Of a DNA stretch of 64,000 nt, positions 1 to 13,168 are shown in pieces. Made by a program: the position numbers and the translations under genes. The notes below the pieces were generated by a model. The model was not told where the DNA came from and did no database searches. It saw nothing but the letters and a program-made list of their open reading frames with translations. Numbering within the stretch: position 1 is the stretch's first letter; every line of letters begins with the position of its first letter. The DNA comes from Octopus sinensis. Taxonomy: Eukaryota. Location of the stretch: contig NC_043005.1 of NCBI RefSeq assembly GCF_006345805.1, positions 91,326,001 to 91,390,000 on the forward strand, written 5' to 3'.

Positions 1-800
1 TCACCACTTCTTCCCTTGTTCTTCTTGATTTTCCCCTTTTGCTGATCCCTTCCATTCGGATAACTTGGCACCTTCCTTCATACAGAGCAGTACATGTCTC
101 TACCTGTCCAGTTGTCTCGTTTATGCGCTACACCTGATTCTTCTACTCTAAACTCATTTCTGATCCATTATTAATGTTGCATAGCTTTACATGCACCAAA
201 GTATATTTGCTTTATTTCTTTCCAACTTACATCCTTTGAAGTCAACACCCAAGTTTTGCTACCATACAACATTTCAGTCTGTACTTAAGCACACCATACA
301 ATCTGCACTTAACTTGAACAATTCCTTTGTTGCTGGCAGAGGTCATAACTCAGTGAACTTTATTCATGCCACTCTTATTCTGATTACTATTCTTTCAAAC
401 ACACTCCTCCGCTGCTAATTTGGTTATATAGATAAAAAAAAAAAGTTGTCAATTTCTTCTAGGAAACTCTCCAAGAAGTTGAAAGAACTTATTTCACGGA
501 TACTCTTTCTGCTAAATACTTCAATAGATTTGCTACCTATGAAGTCGTTTTCTGTCAGCTTTCTAGTAATTTCACTGCATCTCTTGTGCAGCTCTTCATT
601 TACAATGGGTACACAGCATGGCATTCATATCTACTCCTTTCTACATATTGGACATAACCACTTCCCAGTAGAAGCTTCTTTCTTAGTAACTGTTCACTTA
701 AAGATATCTTGATTTTAGGCTTTGCTTCCGCATTTGTAATTTCTTATCTCTAGTTCTTCAACAACTTCATCATCATCATTTTATGTCCATTTTCCAAGTT
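1..800 (-). mobile_element. Old, decayed RTE-clade LINE fragment (PHD-bearing family) in an SLC25A22 intron
   Basis: Minus-strand conceptual translation gives GKWLCPICRKG...CTHCK...LHKRC (PHD remnant, about 560-670) and a GKSRRTREEVV-like C-terminus near 1-60, matching the younger RTE copies elsewhere in the window. Confidence 0.55.
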
Positions 801-1010
801 GGTAGGAATTGAAACAATCATCACACCCTGAACCAGTTCTTATTTAAGGTCCTTGCTCTCCTATTCATGGACAGCCAAACTCAAACTACTCTATTATGAG
901 CTAAAAGCATCGTTTTAAAATGGTTTTTAAAAGTTGTGAATTTATTATTGAAATTATTTTATTGTAACAAAAATGAAACCCTAATATCTTTTTCATTCCT
1001 TGTTTCATAG

Positions 1011-1183
1011 GCTCTGCTACCAGTAATGGCACTGTGGTACGTTTATCTGCTACAAAGATAGCTTTAAATCTTCTACGAGAAAAAGGAATCACTGGGCTTT
1101 ATAAAGGTTGTGGAGCCACAATGTTAAGGGATGTCACTTTCTCTGCAATTTACTTCCCATTATTTGCTCATCTCAATGCATTG
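1011..1183 (+). CDS. SLC25A22: Mitochondrial glutamate carrier (SLC25A22/SLC25A18-like), internal coding exon
   Basis: ttcatAG acceptor and TTG|gtaag donor. Translates [57 protein letters not shown], matching the GLYxGxGATxxRDxxFSxIYFPLFA segment of GC1/GC2 carriers. Confidence 0.95.
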
Positions 1184-1693
1184 GTAAGATTATAGATATT
1201 TGTACACCATTTTTCCTTTATATCAAGGGCATAATATTTGTTTGCTTTGTATCCTTGACTCCCACCATTTCATACCATGATTCTTACTAGTTGATCTCCT
1301 CCCTCCACCAAATCGATCCCTCACACTCAGTTTTAACTCTAATTTTCTCACTTTTAATTGAAGGACCAAAAAAAAAAACAACAACAAAATGTTATATTCT
1401 ACAATCCTTGTGACAAATAAACTTTAATAATCTCTTAACTTTATTTGGACTGATTTTCCCTAACACTGATCTAACATTGTATCTTTCATTTATTTAATAT
1501 TGCATTAATGAAGAGATAGACCAATAAAGCTATATTGTATTACTAAATTCTTTTCTTATAAAACCTATGACTAACATTTGTGTAGCTAAGTAAACTGGTT
1601 GTAGAAGTTTTGGCAGCTAAGTGAACTAGTTGTTAAGATTTTGGTAGTTCACCACTGGTTATAATCTTTAAGAAAATACATTTTCGTTAACAC

Positions 1694-2062
1694 CAACATC
1701 AAAATGAAAATCAAATGGAAATTGTAGTTAAGATACCTGTGCCGGTGACATGTTAAAAGCACCATCCGAACGTGGCAGTTGCCAGCGCCGTCTGACTGGC
1801 GTCCATGTCGGTGACATGTAAAAGCACCAACCGATCGTGGCCGTTTGCCAGCCTCCTCTGACCCCTGTGCCGGTGGCACGTAGAAAACACCCACTACACT
1901 CACGGAATGGTTGGCGTTAGGAAGGGCATCCAGCTGTAGAAACACTGCCAGATCAGACTGGAGCCTGGTGCAGCCTCCTGGCTTCCCAGACCCCGGTCAA
2001 ACCGTCCAACCCATGCTAGCATGGAAAACGGACGTTAAACGATGATGATCATGATGATGATT
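1694..2062 (+). mobile_element. RTE LINE 3' end (3' UTR modules plus (ATG)n tail)
   Basis: Shares the GGCACGTAAAAAGCACC-type modules, ttggcgttaggaagggcatccagctgtag, CCATGCTAGCATGG and the gacgttaaacgatgatgat tail with the coding copy at 45160-46446. Confidence 0.85.
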
Positions 2063-2694
2063 TTTATTCTTATCTCAGTAAATCTCACTGGAAAGTAGAC
2101 ATCGGTCATCATATTTCATATTTGTGTGTTTAAGATGGAGTGAGATTTTTAACTTTAAAACAGTTGCTTAACCAGTCGAGCAGAAATCTGTTTTCACCTG
2201 GCAGACCACCTCTACTAGTACTATTTAACAACCAAACCTCTTGACAACGTCCAACTAGTTCAACCTTCTACCACTACAAAGTCTTCCTTCTGTGTTCTTA
2301 CCTGATCTTCTCCTAGATAATGTAAAGACTATTTAGATATAGCACACTGATATTAACATAATGCAAAGAATGAAAAACTACTCAAACTTACCCATTTGGT
2401 CATCGGGATACCTCAAACATAATTTTTATATATTTTTTCCTGATGACATAAATTGAGTGGATTTGAACTCATAACTTTACTAATGTGTTACTTGTTACCA
2501 AGTGAGACTTGTACCTATTTTCTTATATATGTTACTAATTTGGATTAAGATACCTTTATCGGTGCTGTAATGTGGTTTATGCTTCATTTTATGCCCTATT
2601 AACCATTAATTCAACTCTATAACCAACAGTACTCACTTTCAGACATACCATTCCTATATACAATTCTCTGCAATATTTTTTTCCTCTTTTGTAG

Positions 2695-2797
2695 GGTAAA
2701 AGACGAGAAGGCAGTGATCAAGCTGTTTTTTACCATTCCTTTTTCTCTGGATGTGCAGCAGGCTGTATAGCATCGTTTAGTGTCAACCCTTTTGATG
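2695..2797 (+). CDS. SLC25A22: Mitochondrial glutamate carrier, internal coding exon
   Basis: tttgtAG acceptor and G|gtatgt donor; phase 0 in, phase 1 out. GKRREGSDQAVFYHSFFSGCAAGCIASFSVNPFD begins the third PxDxxKxR carrier motif. Confidence 0.95.
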
Positions 2798-3948
2798 GTA
2801 TGTATTCCTTTCAAAGTTTATTTTTCGTTTTTATTCCAAGCTAATTAAATGCTACCAGCACCGAACCGTGTTTAGGTGTTTGATTTATACAAGTTGTGCT
2901 TCTTATTTAATATTTCGTTTTGGGATTTGGTTTGCAAGATTCTTTATATGAGTTCGTGTGTTGAAGCATATTCTGTTATCTGGGGAGAGACATTTTCTTT
3001 TTGTGCCTTATAATGTAACACACCGGTAAAATTCTTAATTAACGTTTCAGTGAAAACCCATATGCTAACTGAGAATTTAATCCATATTCCACCCCATGGA
3101 CAGACAGCATTGTATTCTTGACCTCTGTTGGTCAAGATTAACCATGCATCAGATTTATATTATGTAATAAATCTGAGCAAGATTTCTTGAGGAAGGCTGC
3201 CATGTTTCCCCCCCATATTTACCCAAAGGGTACTCTCCCCTTTTCATCTAGATTTATCCAAAGAGTAGTCTCCCTTTTCAGTCTGATATATTAATTCACA
3301 GGAAAGGTTCCAGCTTCGGCCAACACCAGAGTGTCAGTACAGCATTTCTGTTAGAATGCAAAAAATAAACAGAGTAGATACTGTGTAGCATCATGTCCAA
3401 TTCTCTAACATTCTCACATATCCATCTTCCCAACTAGAGTGGTATTTTTTTATTGACTCCATCTTCTCCTCAAAAGATAAAAGACAATGTTTACCATGGC
3501 TAGATTTGAAGTCAGAGTAAATACCATGAGGCATTCAAATCTATGCTCTGATAACTCTGCCAATTCACCGCTTTAGCATTGTATAGATGCTTACTAATTG
3601 AAAATTTGATTCAAATTTTCCCTTTTTAGTCCTTGCAGCAAAGACAACTAAAAAAATCAAAACATTTGATATTTTCAATCCCTAGTTTAAGCTTTGTATG
3701 TTATTATAATATTCTCTACTTTTGGTAACTTGCCAGTTTTGCTACACTTGCCAGTCTCCTTCCTTCCATGCCCATTCAGTTTGTTTTCTTAAGCCTTGCG
3801 CCTGACTTCAAATATATACATTCTTTTATTGGTGACCATGAAGTATATACACTTTATTGGGCTCCCAGTAAAGGCTGATCAATGTAGAGGATGTATATTC
3901 ATTAAAAGGGATTCCTGCAACAATACAAACATGCTAGTTTTGAAATAC

Positions 3949-3954
<6 letters not shown>

Positions 3955-4004
<50 letters not shown>
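3955..4004. repeat. (CT)n microsatellite
   Basis: Read directly from the sequence. Confidence 0.95.
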
Positions 4005-4259
4005 ATTAAAAATAAGTTGAAAGTAAACTTTACTGATTTACAGGGTTAACATTATTAGAAGCTAAAAAGGAAACGAAGTCAAGGCCTGATTAATTTATTC
4101 ATTGAGCATGGACAGTGTGCCAGTTAGTATCAGGCAACCCTGCTACTTTCAAATAATTTGAACTATTAAACTTTTATGTAAAATTCAGTTAGAGTGAATC
4201 TAAGTTAAACTTTTATGATAATAGGACATATACAGAAAAGTTTATTTTCATTTTTCTAG

Positions 4260-4335
4260 TGGTGAAAACTCGGTTACAGACATTAAAGAAAGCAGAAGGT
4301 GAAAAAGAATATTCAGGAATCATTGATTGTTTTGG
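4260..4335 (+). CDS. SLC25A22: Mitochondrial glutamate carrier, internal coding exon (76 nt)
   Basis: tttctAG acceptor and GG|gtaag donor; phases fit both neighbours. VVKTRLQTLKKAEGEKEYSGIIDCF completes PFDVVKTRLQ. Confidence 0.95.
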
Positions 4336-4820
4336 GTAAGGAAATTGTAACTTTTTATTCTAAGAATCAAAATAGCAGTGATGAAAATTAATCTGCTGGA
4401 TTACTAACGACAGTCATAATTTCAAACTTTACACTACCCATTGTACTGTGCCTCTCAGCAAGGCACTAAATTCTGCTGTTGTATTCTGTATGCTCTGATT
4501 AACAAAGAGATTGTTTGCTACTTCCTGGTTCACTTTTTAGCTGGAATGGTGCTGCCTTTAATGGTAATATCTGCACCAACAAAACTGTATTCTTCTGACA
4601 TACAGGTCAAATTTTTCAGATCAAAATTTGCAGCCAGAAAAAGTAGATTGTACCAAGATGACTTTGAGAGACCAAAAATTCCATGTCAAAATGCAATTGG
4701 ATTTGGAAAGATAGTGATGATGTTTGAATATTTAGACGATATGTTTGCATTATATAATACATAAAAGTGCCTTCTATTGTTTAAAAATATCTACTAAATA
4801 TATTGATATTTCTGTTTCAG

Positions 4821-4965
4821 GAAAATCATGAAGCACGAAGGTCCAAAAGCTTTTCTGAAAGGAGCCATGTGCCGAATTCTTGTTATTGCTCCTTTGTTTG
4901 GTATAGCACAAACGGTGTATTATCTAGGAGTGGCAGAACTTTTACTTGGATTAAAGAAACCTTAA
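4821..4965 (+). CDS. SLC25A22: Mitochondrial glutamate carrier, terminal coding exon
   Basis: tttcAG acceptor. (G)[47 protein letters not shown], stop TAA at 4963-4965; closely resembles the vertebrate GC1 C-terminus. Confidence 0.96.
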
Positions 4966-5024
4966 TATTTTTTTTCTAAGCTGGATAACAATACATATCA
5001 TGGTATGCTATCAGTGTGATCATA

Positions 5025-5030
5025 AATAAA
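5025..5030 (+). terminator. Candidate proximal polyadenylation signal of SLC25A22
   Basis: AATAAA 60 nt after the stop codon, followed by T-rich sequence. Usage is not demonstrated. Confidence 0.45.
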
Positions 5031-6116
5031 CATTTATTGTAACTGATATATTAGTAATATCATCAAGGCATTCACAATTAACATAGAACATTTTAGCAAA
5101 CTGTCAACAATAACAATTAAAAATTTTTTTCATTAACTTGATATGTAAATAACATTAATTTAAAAGTCTCAGGAACTCCTTTGTATTTTATTTTAAACAT
5201 AATAAGCTTTTATTCACTGGAATTAATTTCTATAACACTTTTTATTTGGTGGGGTAGATATTTGTCATTACTGTAATGATACTAATTGACTTCCACCTTG
5301 AAATCTTTTCGTTATTTTTTTTCTCTATTAACCTCAGTCATTGTTATATGAATGCCAGAGGGGTTCTCCTTTGTATATTCTTGCATATTTATCAAATGAT
5401 TTTAAATTTAATATTTTTGTTTAAAATCAAAATAATTAATTAATGAAATTGTTTGGAAAAAAAATTCTTTAATTTTTCACAAGTTAAGTTCATAAAAAAT
5501 AATTAAATGGGGAAAAAGTAATAAGTAAAATGTCTCTTATATTTTCATTGAGCTTTTAAAGAATGGGATTATAAACCAGTTGTAGGCAATAAAAAATGTT
5601 ATATTATTAAGGTTTAACAAAATTAAATTACTTATGACTTAGATTTTCACTGAAATCCCAAACTGATGTTTATAGTAATATTGAAAAGTATTTAATACAA
5701 TGATAATTTATTTTACCTAAATATAATTTTTTTATTTTCTTATAAAGCTCTGCTTTGTAAGTTAATCACGAAAACTGATGTATATAATTTTGTAAAAAAG
5801 TAATCTACATTTAAAGTAAATTGCTTTGAAAAAAAACTTCCTTATATAGTAAAAAGGGTGAATTGAACTTGCTTTTTGTTCCATCATAGATTTCTAGATG
5901 TAAAGTCAATGTAATGAGTGGGAAATATAAAAGTTAAAGCTGCCAAACTTTGTCTCTGCACTTTAACTTTTGTGTTTCTCTTTTTTTAATCTTCACCAAA
6001 TATGAAAAAAATTTTTTTTTTCATTTAAGAGATTCTTGATTACAAATCATTGAAGTTGTGTTGAGAAGTTAACAAAAGATAGATAAATGTAGTCATTAAT
6101 ATTATATATAAAACTA

Positions 6117-6333
6117 AGGTGACAAGCTGGCTGAATCGTTAGCATGCCAGGCAAAATGCTTAGTGACAAACATTTTATGTTCTGAGTTCCAATTCTGCTG
6201 AGGTTGACTTCACCTTTCATCCTTTCAGCGTCAAAAAATAAGTACCAGTTGAGCACTGGGGTCAATGTAATCGACTTATTTTCTCCCCCACCCCCAAATT
6301 AGCACCCTGTGCTAAAACTTGAAGCCAATATTA
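6117..6333 (+). mobile_element. tRNA-derived SINE, Meta-domain type
   Basis: Central gaggttgacttcacctttcatcctttc...ataagtaccagt block shared with the copies at 12712, 13285 and 29067. Confidence 0.75.
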
Positions 6334-6368
6334 TATAATCTTAGATTTTCACTGACATATTGTAAGAA

Positions 6369-6530
6369 GGGGCCAGTCAAATACCTCAACCCCAGTATTC
6401 AACTGATACTTATTTAATTGATCCTGAAAGGCAAAGCTGACCTCAGCAGAATTTGAACTTGGATGGTAAAGCTGAATGAAATACCACTAAGCATTTTGTC
6501 CTGCATACTATTCTGCCTGCCTACCACCAT
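6369..6530 (-). mobile_element. Meta-type SINE, inverted relative to 6117-6333
   Basis: Reverse complement carries aagttcaaattctgctgaggtcagctttgcctttc...aataagtatcagttgaatactgggg. Confidence 0.7.
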
Positions 6531-8339
6531 AATAATAATAATAATGATAATAATAATTTACTTTTCTTTTACTCTCATGAAAATATCTTTGTAAATTAGA
6601 AAAATCTTGATTGAGAGTATTTTGCCTAGAATTTATTTACATGATTCTTGTTTACTTACAAACCATTGAAGCTGTGATAAGAAATTAACCAAAGATAATT
6701 TAACACAGATAACATTTTTCTCTGCAAACCAATGAAGCTGCATCCAGAAATTAACAGTTCCTAAAAATAAACATAGATATAAACAGTTTTGATGAGATTT
6801 GTAATTGGCTCTTAACGGTGAGGCACCGCTCTTTTTCTGGGAAGAAGCAGTCCTCCTTTTTTTTAATAAGTATGTAAAGGATGATATTCTTCCTGTGAAA
6901 TAAAGCAGTGGTTGGAAATATATTATATATATTTCCTCCTTTGTTAGAAAGACACTTCTTCAAGGAGAGGTTACTGATGCATCAGTCAATAAAAAAAAAA
7001 CTTATTTTTCCTTCTTGATAAATTTTGAAAATGCAAGTATTTTCAGAGGATTGGGATAAATTTGAAAGAAGAAATCCATAGATGAAAAGGGTAAGTTTTG
7101 GAGATTATGAAGCGGGGAAGTTTTGGGAATGTAATTCTTGGAAAGTTTTCTTGATATAAAAATTCGGAGATTGTTTATCATATCAACCTGGGTTAAAATG
7201 TCAGAAATCGTTTCTTGGATTAAGCAACTAATATAACAGTTTCTAATTTTCTTATTACAAATATAGAAGTTGATAACAGAATTTGAAATTGAAACTTGTT
7301 TGTTCTAACAGCAGACACATCTTTAGATTTTGAAATGCAAAATGTCTCATTGACAAATTCATTTTTGTTTCTAATGTAAGAAACAGAAAAGGTTTCTAAG
7401 CAAAATTAGGCAAAGTATGGAAAGCAAAAATATATAAACAAACAATTCTTTTTTGGAATAATATATTTCTGTTATTTATAGCTTTATGTATATGCTCTGA
7501 GATATACTGTTCCAAAAGAGAATTATTTCACATTTTGTTGAAAGTTTATAAAATTCTTATGACGTCAACAATATAAAGAAGTGTATAGAAGTAAATAACT
7601 GAATAACTAGAAATATGTATGTGTGCATGCATACCTGTATGTATGTAGATACATATGCACACAGATATAAACAAATAGTTTAGAAGATCGTTTCACAATT
7701 ATGTAGTTCTGGATTTGATCGTACAACATTGCATCTTAGTTAAGTGTCTTCACCATAACCTAGGGTTGATTGAAACATTTGTGTGAAACTAGGTAGATGG
7801 AAACTGTAGAAGTTGGTCAGTTAAACTGGATTTGTAATTCAAAGGTCCAGCTTTATCAATGTGTCAAATCGATTCTACTTGAGGATTAGATTATGGGAAT
7901 ACCTGTCTTTGGAATGCTCATCTACTTTGCACACTATTTCTAATTCCATAAGTACATCTTTCAATCGATTAGATAATTGGACACTCGTCATCACCATATC
8001 AAAATTGATGAATCAGTCATATACATTTATATTCACATATACATAGATATGTACACACACACACACACATACTGGAACAGTGGAATCTCAAAGCAAATAA
8101 AGCTATGAAAAATAGCATGTAAATTCTGGGTTAAAAAACTTCATCATCAACCCCCTCACTTGTTTCCAAGAAGGATGTTTCCTTTGGTCCTTTGAATGAA
8201 AACTGCACAATACCTGGATGTAATTTCATAGAAGATTGCAAACAAACGACACTGCTTGTATGATGGTGAAAATTTTAAAAACTAGTGCACAATATCAAGA
8301 TAAGGAGATACAACCACTCGTGCATATATATATATACAC

Positions 8340-8482
8340 ACACATGCAATGAGGCTTCTTTCAGTTTCTGTCAACCAAATCCACTCACAAACTCACAACC
8401 AGCTCAGGGCTGTAGTAGAAGGGACATTTGCCCAAGGTGCCACATAGTGGGGTTGAACCTGAAAGCATGTGGTTGGGAAATA
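8340..8482 (-). mobile_element. CORE-type SINE, 5' half
   Basis: Reverse complement has tggcaccttgggcaaatgtcc...gtgagtggatttggttgacagaaactgaaagaagcc, as in 44014-44461. Confidence 0.75.
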
Positions 8483-11287
8483 GATTAGAAATGTTTCATA
8501 GTTTCCACTTAATAATGTAGCTGTAATGTCTTCATGTTTGATTATAACCATAGATTTTGTGTGATTTTCAGTGACAGCCAATCCAGATTACTAATTTTAT
8601 AAATATTCTTTATCGTGTAGGTTTTTTTTTTTTATTTAGTGAAGTCTGGCTAGAATTGGTGAAGCTCAATTTCCAATTACTTTCTATTGTCTTTACTATC
8701 CACTTTGCATGTGTCCTTGTTCTGTTTCTGTTGAAACGAGTTCGCAAAATATTATCAAATGTTAAAGACTGGAAGATATTAATTAACATTACAAAAATAA
8801 TTATATAAATATTTACAAAAAATTGAGTTAGATTTTTAAAAAACAGTTATAATTATAGAAATGTGTTATTAAAACTAATTTCTCAAAGGAAAAACATTCA
8901 AACTTTTTTAAAATTGATATGCTTTACCATGACATGGCTTGTATAGTATCCAGTTTTCACCTTAAATTTTGTTATGGTGTTTAGGTATTTCTAGTATGTA
9001 GTGACATTTTGAATGGAAGAATGTTTGTTGTACATAATTCATTTTCAAAAAATAAGAAAATCATAGTAAATGATTGATCAGAATATAACAATTTTTTTCC
9101 AGTTTTCATTTGTTCAAAATACTATGTCGTTTATGACTTTAATGCATGTGTTTCAAAAATGTAATTTCTTTTTCAATATGTTTATTGTATTTTCTTTTCC
9201 TGCTTTTCATATTAGATTTTGACAACTGACACTGGTTCTAGTATATATGTTCTTAAAATCTTGCCATATCAGCATTAGAACTATTTATAGAGATATTTGT
9301 TGGAATTTGAAATTACAATCTGGTCGATAATTCGTGCTCAATTTTTAAATATTTCCAACAAATGAGAAAAAAAATTATCCATCCTGATTAATTTGATATT
9401 AGTTGTGAATTATGTCCCTTCAATACTCATTTCACCCTGTTATGATGGTATACTTTTAAGTGTATTTACAAAGTATTCATTTGATTTTTTTTTTTTAATC
9501 GTTTTATAGGAATTATTTACTTTATTGAATTATCAAATAAATTCACATCACAAATGTCTTTACTTTTAGGGTGATAATTTAAAGTTGTATTTTTATAAAT
9601 AACCCAGTGAAATTTCTAATTTAACAGCAAAGAAAATTGCTGGTCTGGATGGTGTAAAACAGTATTAGCTTGTCAAGAAATGAGAAAATAGATATGAAAT
9701 ACAGAATTTGTTTGTCTATTGTGAAAAAGAGTATGAAAGGAGAGAAAAAGTAGGCAAAATATAAAGTCTTTCATTTGTTAAACATTGCTGAAAAAATTTT
9801 TTTTTTCAATTGTTAAAATTATTAAAATATACTTTTTCTTATACCTCAAAACACCCCCAACATCATTGCCATATCTATTTATAAAAAAAACTCCTGCAGA
9901 CTATCTAAACTTTTTATGATTTATTCAGTGTACATTTTTTTACCGCTATGGTATTTAACTTCAATATTTTCGTTTTGTTTTTGTGATATTTAAAACGATT
10001 TTCATTTTCATGTAAATTAAATTTGAATATATTTTTTATTCTTTTTTCCTTACATATTGAAATGCGTGTGTGTGTGTGTGTTTTTTTATATATTTTTTTG
10101 TTTGTTTTTTTCTGTCTAATACAGTACATTCAATTTATTTTTGCAAAATAAAATATTCTGTTGTAAAATCAAGAAACCCAACATCCAAAATACTTTTTTT
10201 AAAAACATTTTTCGATATTTAATTTACCGATTTTAGCTATATATGTTAACCTTTATTTGTTAACCTTTATTTGGACCCCTCTATGGAATCGGCTAAACTA
10301 CAAACTTTCTAGGTTTAGTTTAGCAGCATGTTTTGTGGAATCTCAACACGGAAAACAATGGAATCACTGTATTTTGATTTCTTTCCTAACTGGACAAATC
10401 TGTTGTGTTGTGGTTCCATTTTCAGTGGCAGCTATTACAGATTACTAATTTTATATATATATATATATATATTCTTAGATGGGTCATATATTTTGTTATT
10501 CTTGAGTAATTCTTCAGACATACAGCTTGAAGAAGTGTGTTTCAGTGGTCAGTAGCATACAAATCTAGCTTGTATCTCATTAACCTTTTTGAGAACAGGT
10601 ATATTATTTATGGCATTTTTTTTTTTTTTATGGTTCGGATAGAACAGCTGAATGTCACAGGTACATCTATTTGCAATGAATTGTTTAGTTGCCACAACAA
10701 TCATTTATTAGAATTGAAACAGTAAAAAGCTGTTCTTGTGCAAGACTTGATCAATATAATCTGTCCTTAAATTGCTTAATACAATATTGTGTACGGAAAT
10801 GAAGAAGAACATATTTTTATCAATCATTCAATTTCTATTGAATTTTATCTGTATGAAACTTCAGTTATATGGTATTAAAAAATTATAATAAACTCATGAA
10901 GATTGTCTGGGGCTTTTTCTTTTTTGTTATTTTCTTTTTTGTTATTTTCTTTTTTTTCTCAATGTTTTATATTTCAGTTATATAATTTGAACTCTAGTTT
11001 TTAACCACCAAATAGAGACTTAGCTACAAAAGCTAAGTCTTCCTGTATTACAGTGTAGTAATGAGAACCTGAAATCGACATTGATGTCTAGTAAGAAATT
11101 TGGATTGATAGCATAGAGTCTCTTCAGTATAACAAAATTAGGTAGAATGACAGCTTTGTCTAATTGCTAGAGTATTGGAATTTTCAATCCTTTAACTACA
11201 GAAAGCAGATATATCCACTCAAAACTTCATTACCATTAACTGCAGAAAGCAGATTATATATCACTATCTTTTGTTGAGAAAAGTCAT

Positions 11288-11391
11288 GTTTACTCTTTAC
11301 TCTCTTTTACTTGTTTCAGTCATTTGACTGTGGCCATGCTGGAGCACCGCCTTTAGTCAAGCAAATCGACCCCAGGACTTATTCTTTGTAA
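11288..11391 (-). mobile_element. CORE-type SINE 3' tail
   Basis: Reverse complement ends ggcggtgctccagcatggccacagtcaaatgactgaaacaagtaaaagag, as in 44410-44461. Confidence 0.85.
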
Positions 11392-12410
11392 AACTCCAGA
11401 AGAAAACCATAACTTTCAGATAGGGACCATCGGACTCTTACGCAAATTGTTAGAAAGTACAGCTCTCAAAATTACTGCAGAGCTTAATGACCACCTCGAG
11501 AACCCAGTTTCCACAAAATCTGTTCGCCAGGAGCTGTACAAAGCTGGATTTCACAGGAGGGCTGCAATCAGAAAACCACTACTTTCGAAAACAAACGTTG
11601 CAAAACGTTTAGAGTGGAATAAAAACCTACAGAATTGGTCCCTAGATCAGTAGAAGAATGTTATTTTCTTGGACAAGTCATCCTTTACCTTATTTCTGAC
11701 CACCAGCTGAATATACGTGTGGAGACAGCCAAAAGAAGCATTTCACCCAGCCTACTTTCTTCCAACTGTTAAACACAGAGAAAGATCTGTGATGATCTGG
11801 TGGGGGGTGGGGGCTATATCTTGATAATCCACTGGCCCAATGGCTTTCCTTCATGGTAGAATTAATAGTCAAGACTATTTAAGCATTTTATCTGATCAAA
11901 TTCATCCTGATGACCTGGAGGGCTATACCTTGGAAATTCGCCGGCCCAGTGTTTTCCCTTCATGGCAGAATTGATAGTCAAGACTATTTAGGCATTTTAT
12001 CTGATCAAATTCATCCTATGGTTGCAGAACAGTTTCCGGAGGGAAAAGCAATCTTTCAGGATGATAATGCACCAATTCACACAGCTAAAGTTGTTACTGA
12101 ATGGCACGAGGAACATTCTAGTGAAGTTGAACATCTTATCTGGCTACCACAGTCCCCAGATCTCAATATTATTGAACATTTATGGTGCATTTTAGAAAAA
12201 CAAGTAAGGAGTCAATATCCTCCACCATCATCACTACAAGAACTGGAGACTGTTTTAGCTGAAGAATGGACAAAAATTCCTTTGGAAACAACTCAAACTT
12301 TGTACCTCATAGAATTCAAGCTGTAATTACTGCCAAAAGCTATCCTACCCCATATTAAAATAAATTTGTTTGAAATTTTAAGGTGTTTCCATTATTTTGT
12401 CCAACCCCTG
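11392..12410 (+). mobile_element. Tc1-like (DD34E) DNA transposon relic, 5'-truncated, right TIR intact
   Basis: Broken transposase with RKPLLSK, FQDDNAPIHTA and WLPQSPDLNIIEHLW motifs. Ends ggtgtttccattattttgtccaacccctg followed by TA at 12411-12412. Confidence 0.92.
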
Positions 12411-12711
12411 TAATTCAAGAAATGCAAAACATAATTTGAAAATCTAACATGCCTGATCACATAATGATTAGCATATCATGGTAAAGAATACATCCCTACA
12501 GATTAGTCATTTGGTGAGATATATGAAAGACATGTGCAGGGAAAAGTGATTTAAATCACTTATTTAATGCATGCCTTGGAATTACATTTTAAAATTTTCA
12601 AATTAAACTGATGCTTAAATGATGTGAACCATGCTGGTAGAGAGCCACTGGTTGCAAAATGTTGTGTATTTTGTGGGATAATATTATGTCAATAATAAAA
12701 TGGTTCAATAC

Positions 12712-12934
12712 CTATTTCTTTATTACCCACAAGGGGCTAAACACAGAGGGGACAGACAAACGGATTAAGTCGATTATATCGACCCCAGTGCATAACTGGT
12801 ACTTAATTTATCAACCCCAAAAGGATGAAAGGCAAGGTCGACTTCAGCGGAATTTGAACTCAGAACGTAACGGCAGACAAAATACCGCTAAGCATTTCGC
12901 CTGGTGTGCTAACGATTCTGCCAGCTTGCTGCCT
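12712..12934 (-). mobile_element. Meta-type SINE, near full length
   Basis: Reverse complement: ggcagcaagctggcagaatcgttagc...gttctgagttcaaattccgctgaagtcgaccttgcctttcatcc...ccccttgtgggtaataaagaaata. Confidence 0.85.
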
Positions 12935-13168
12935 TGGTTCAATACCATCGTCAATAAATAACACTGGAAATATACTGAATTTGAGATTATGCGCTTTCAT
13001 ATTTCTGTTACCTACTTAGTTGTCCAAAAGGCTTTACTCCTTACAAACACCACCCTCCTCGTCAGCAACTATATCAGAATTATTCAGTTTTTCATGAAAA
13101 TCTCTTGCATTTTGCCAATTTTAGTGTGTTAAAAAAATGGACAATATACACACACAATACATGTATGT

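Noticed and set aside
10245-10272. 14-bp tandem duplication GTTAACCTTTATTT x2
   Set aside because: An ordinary slippage duplication in AT-rich DNA with no further structure.
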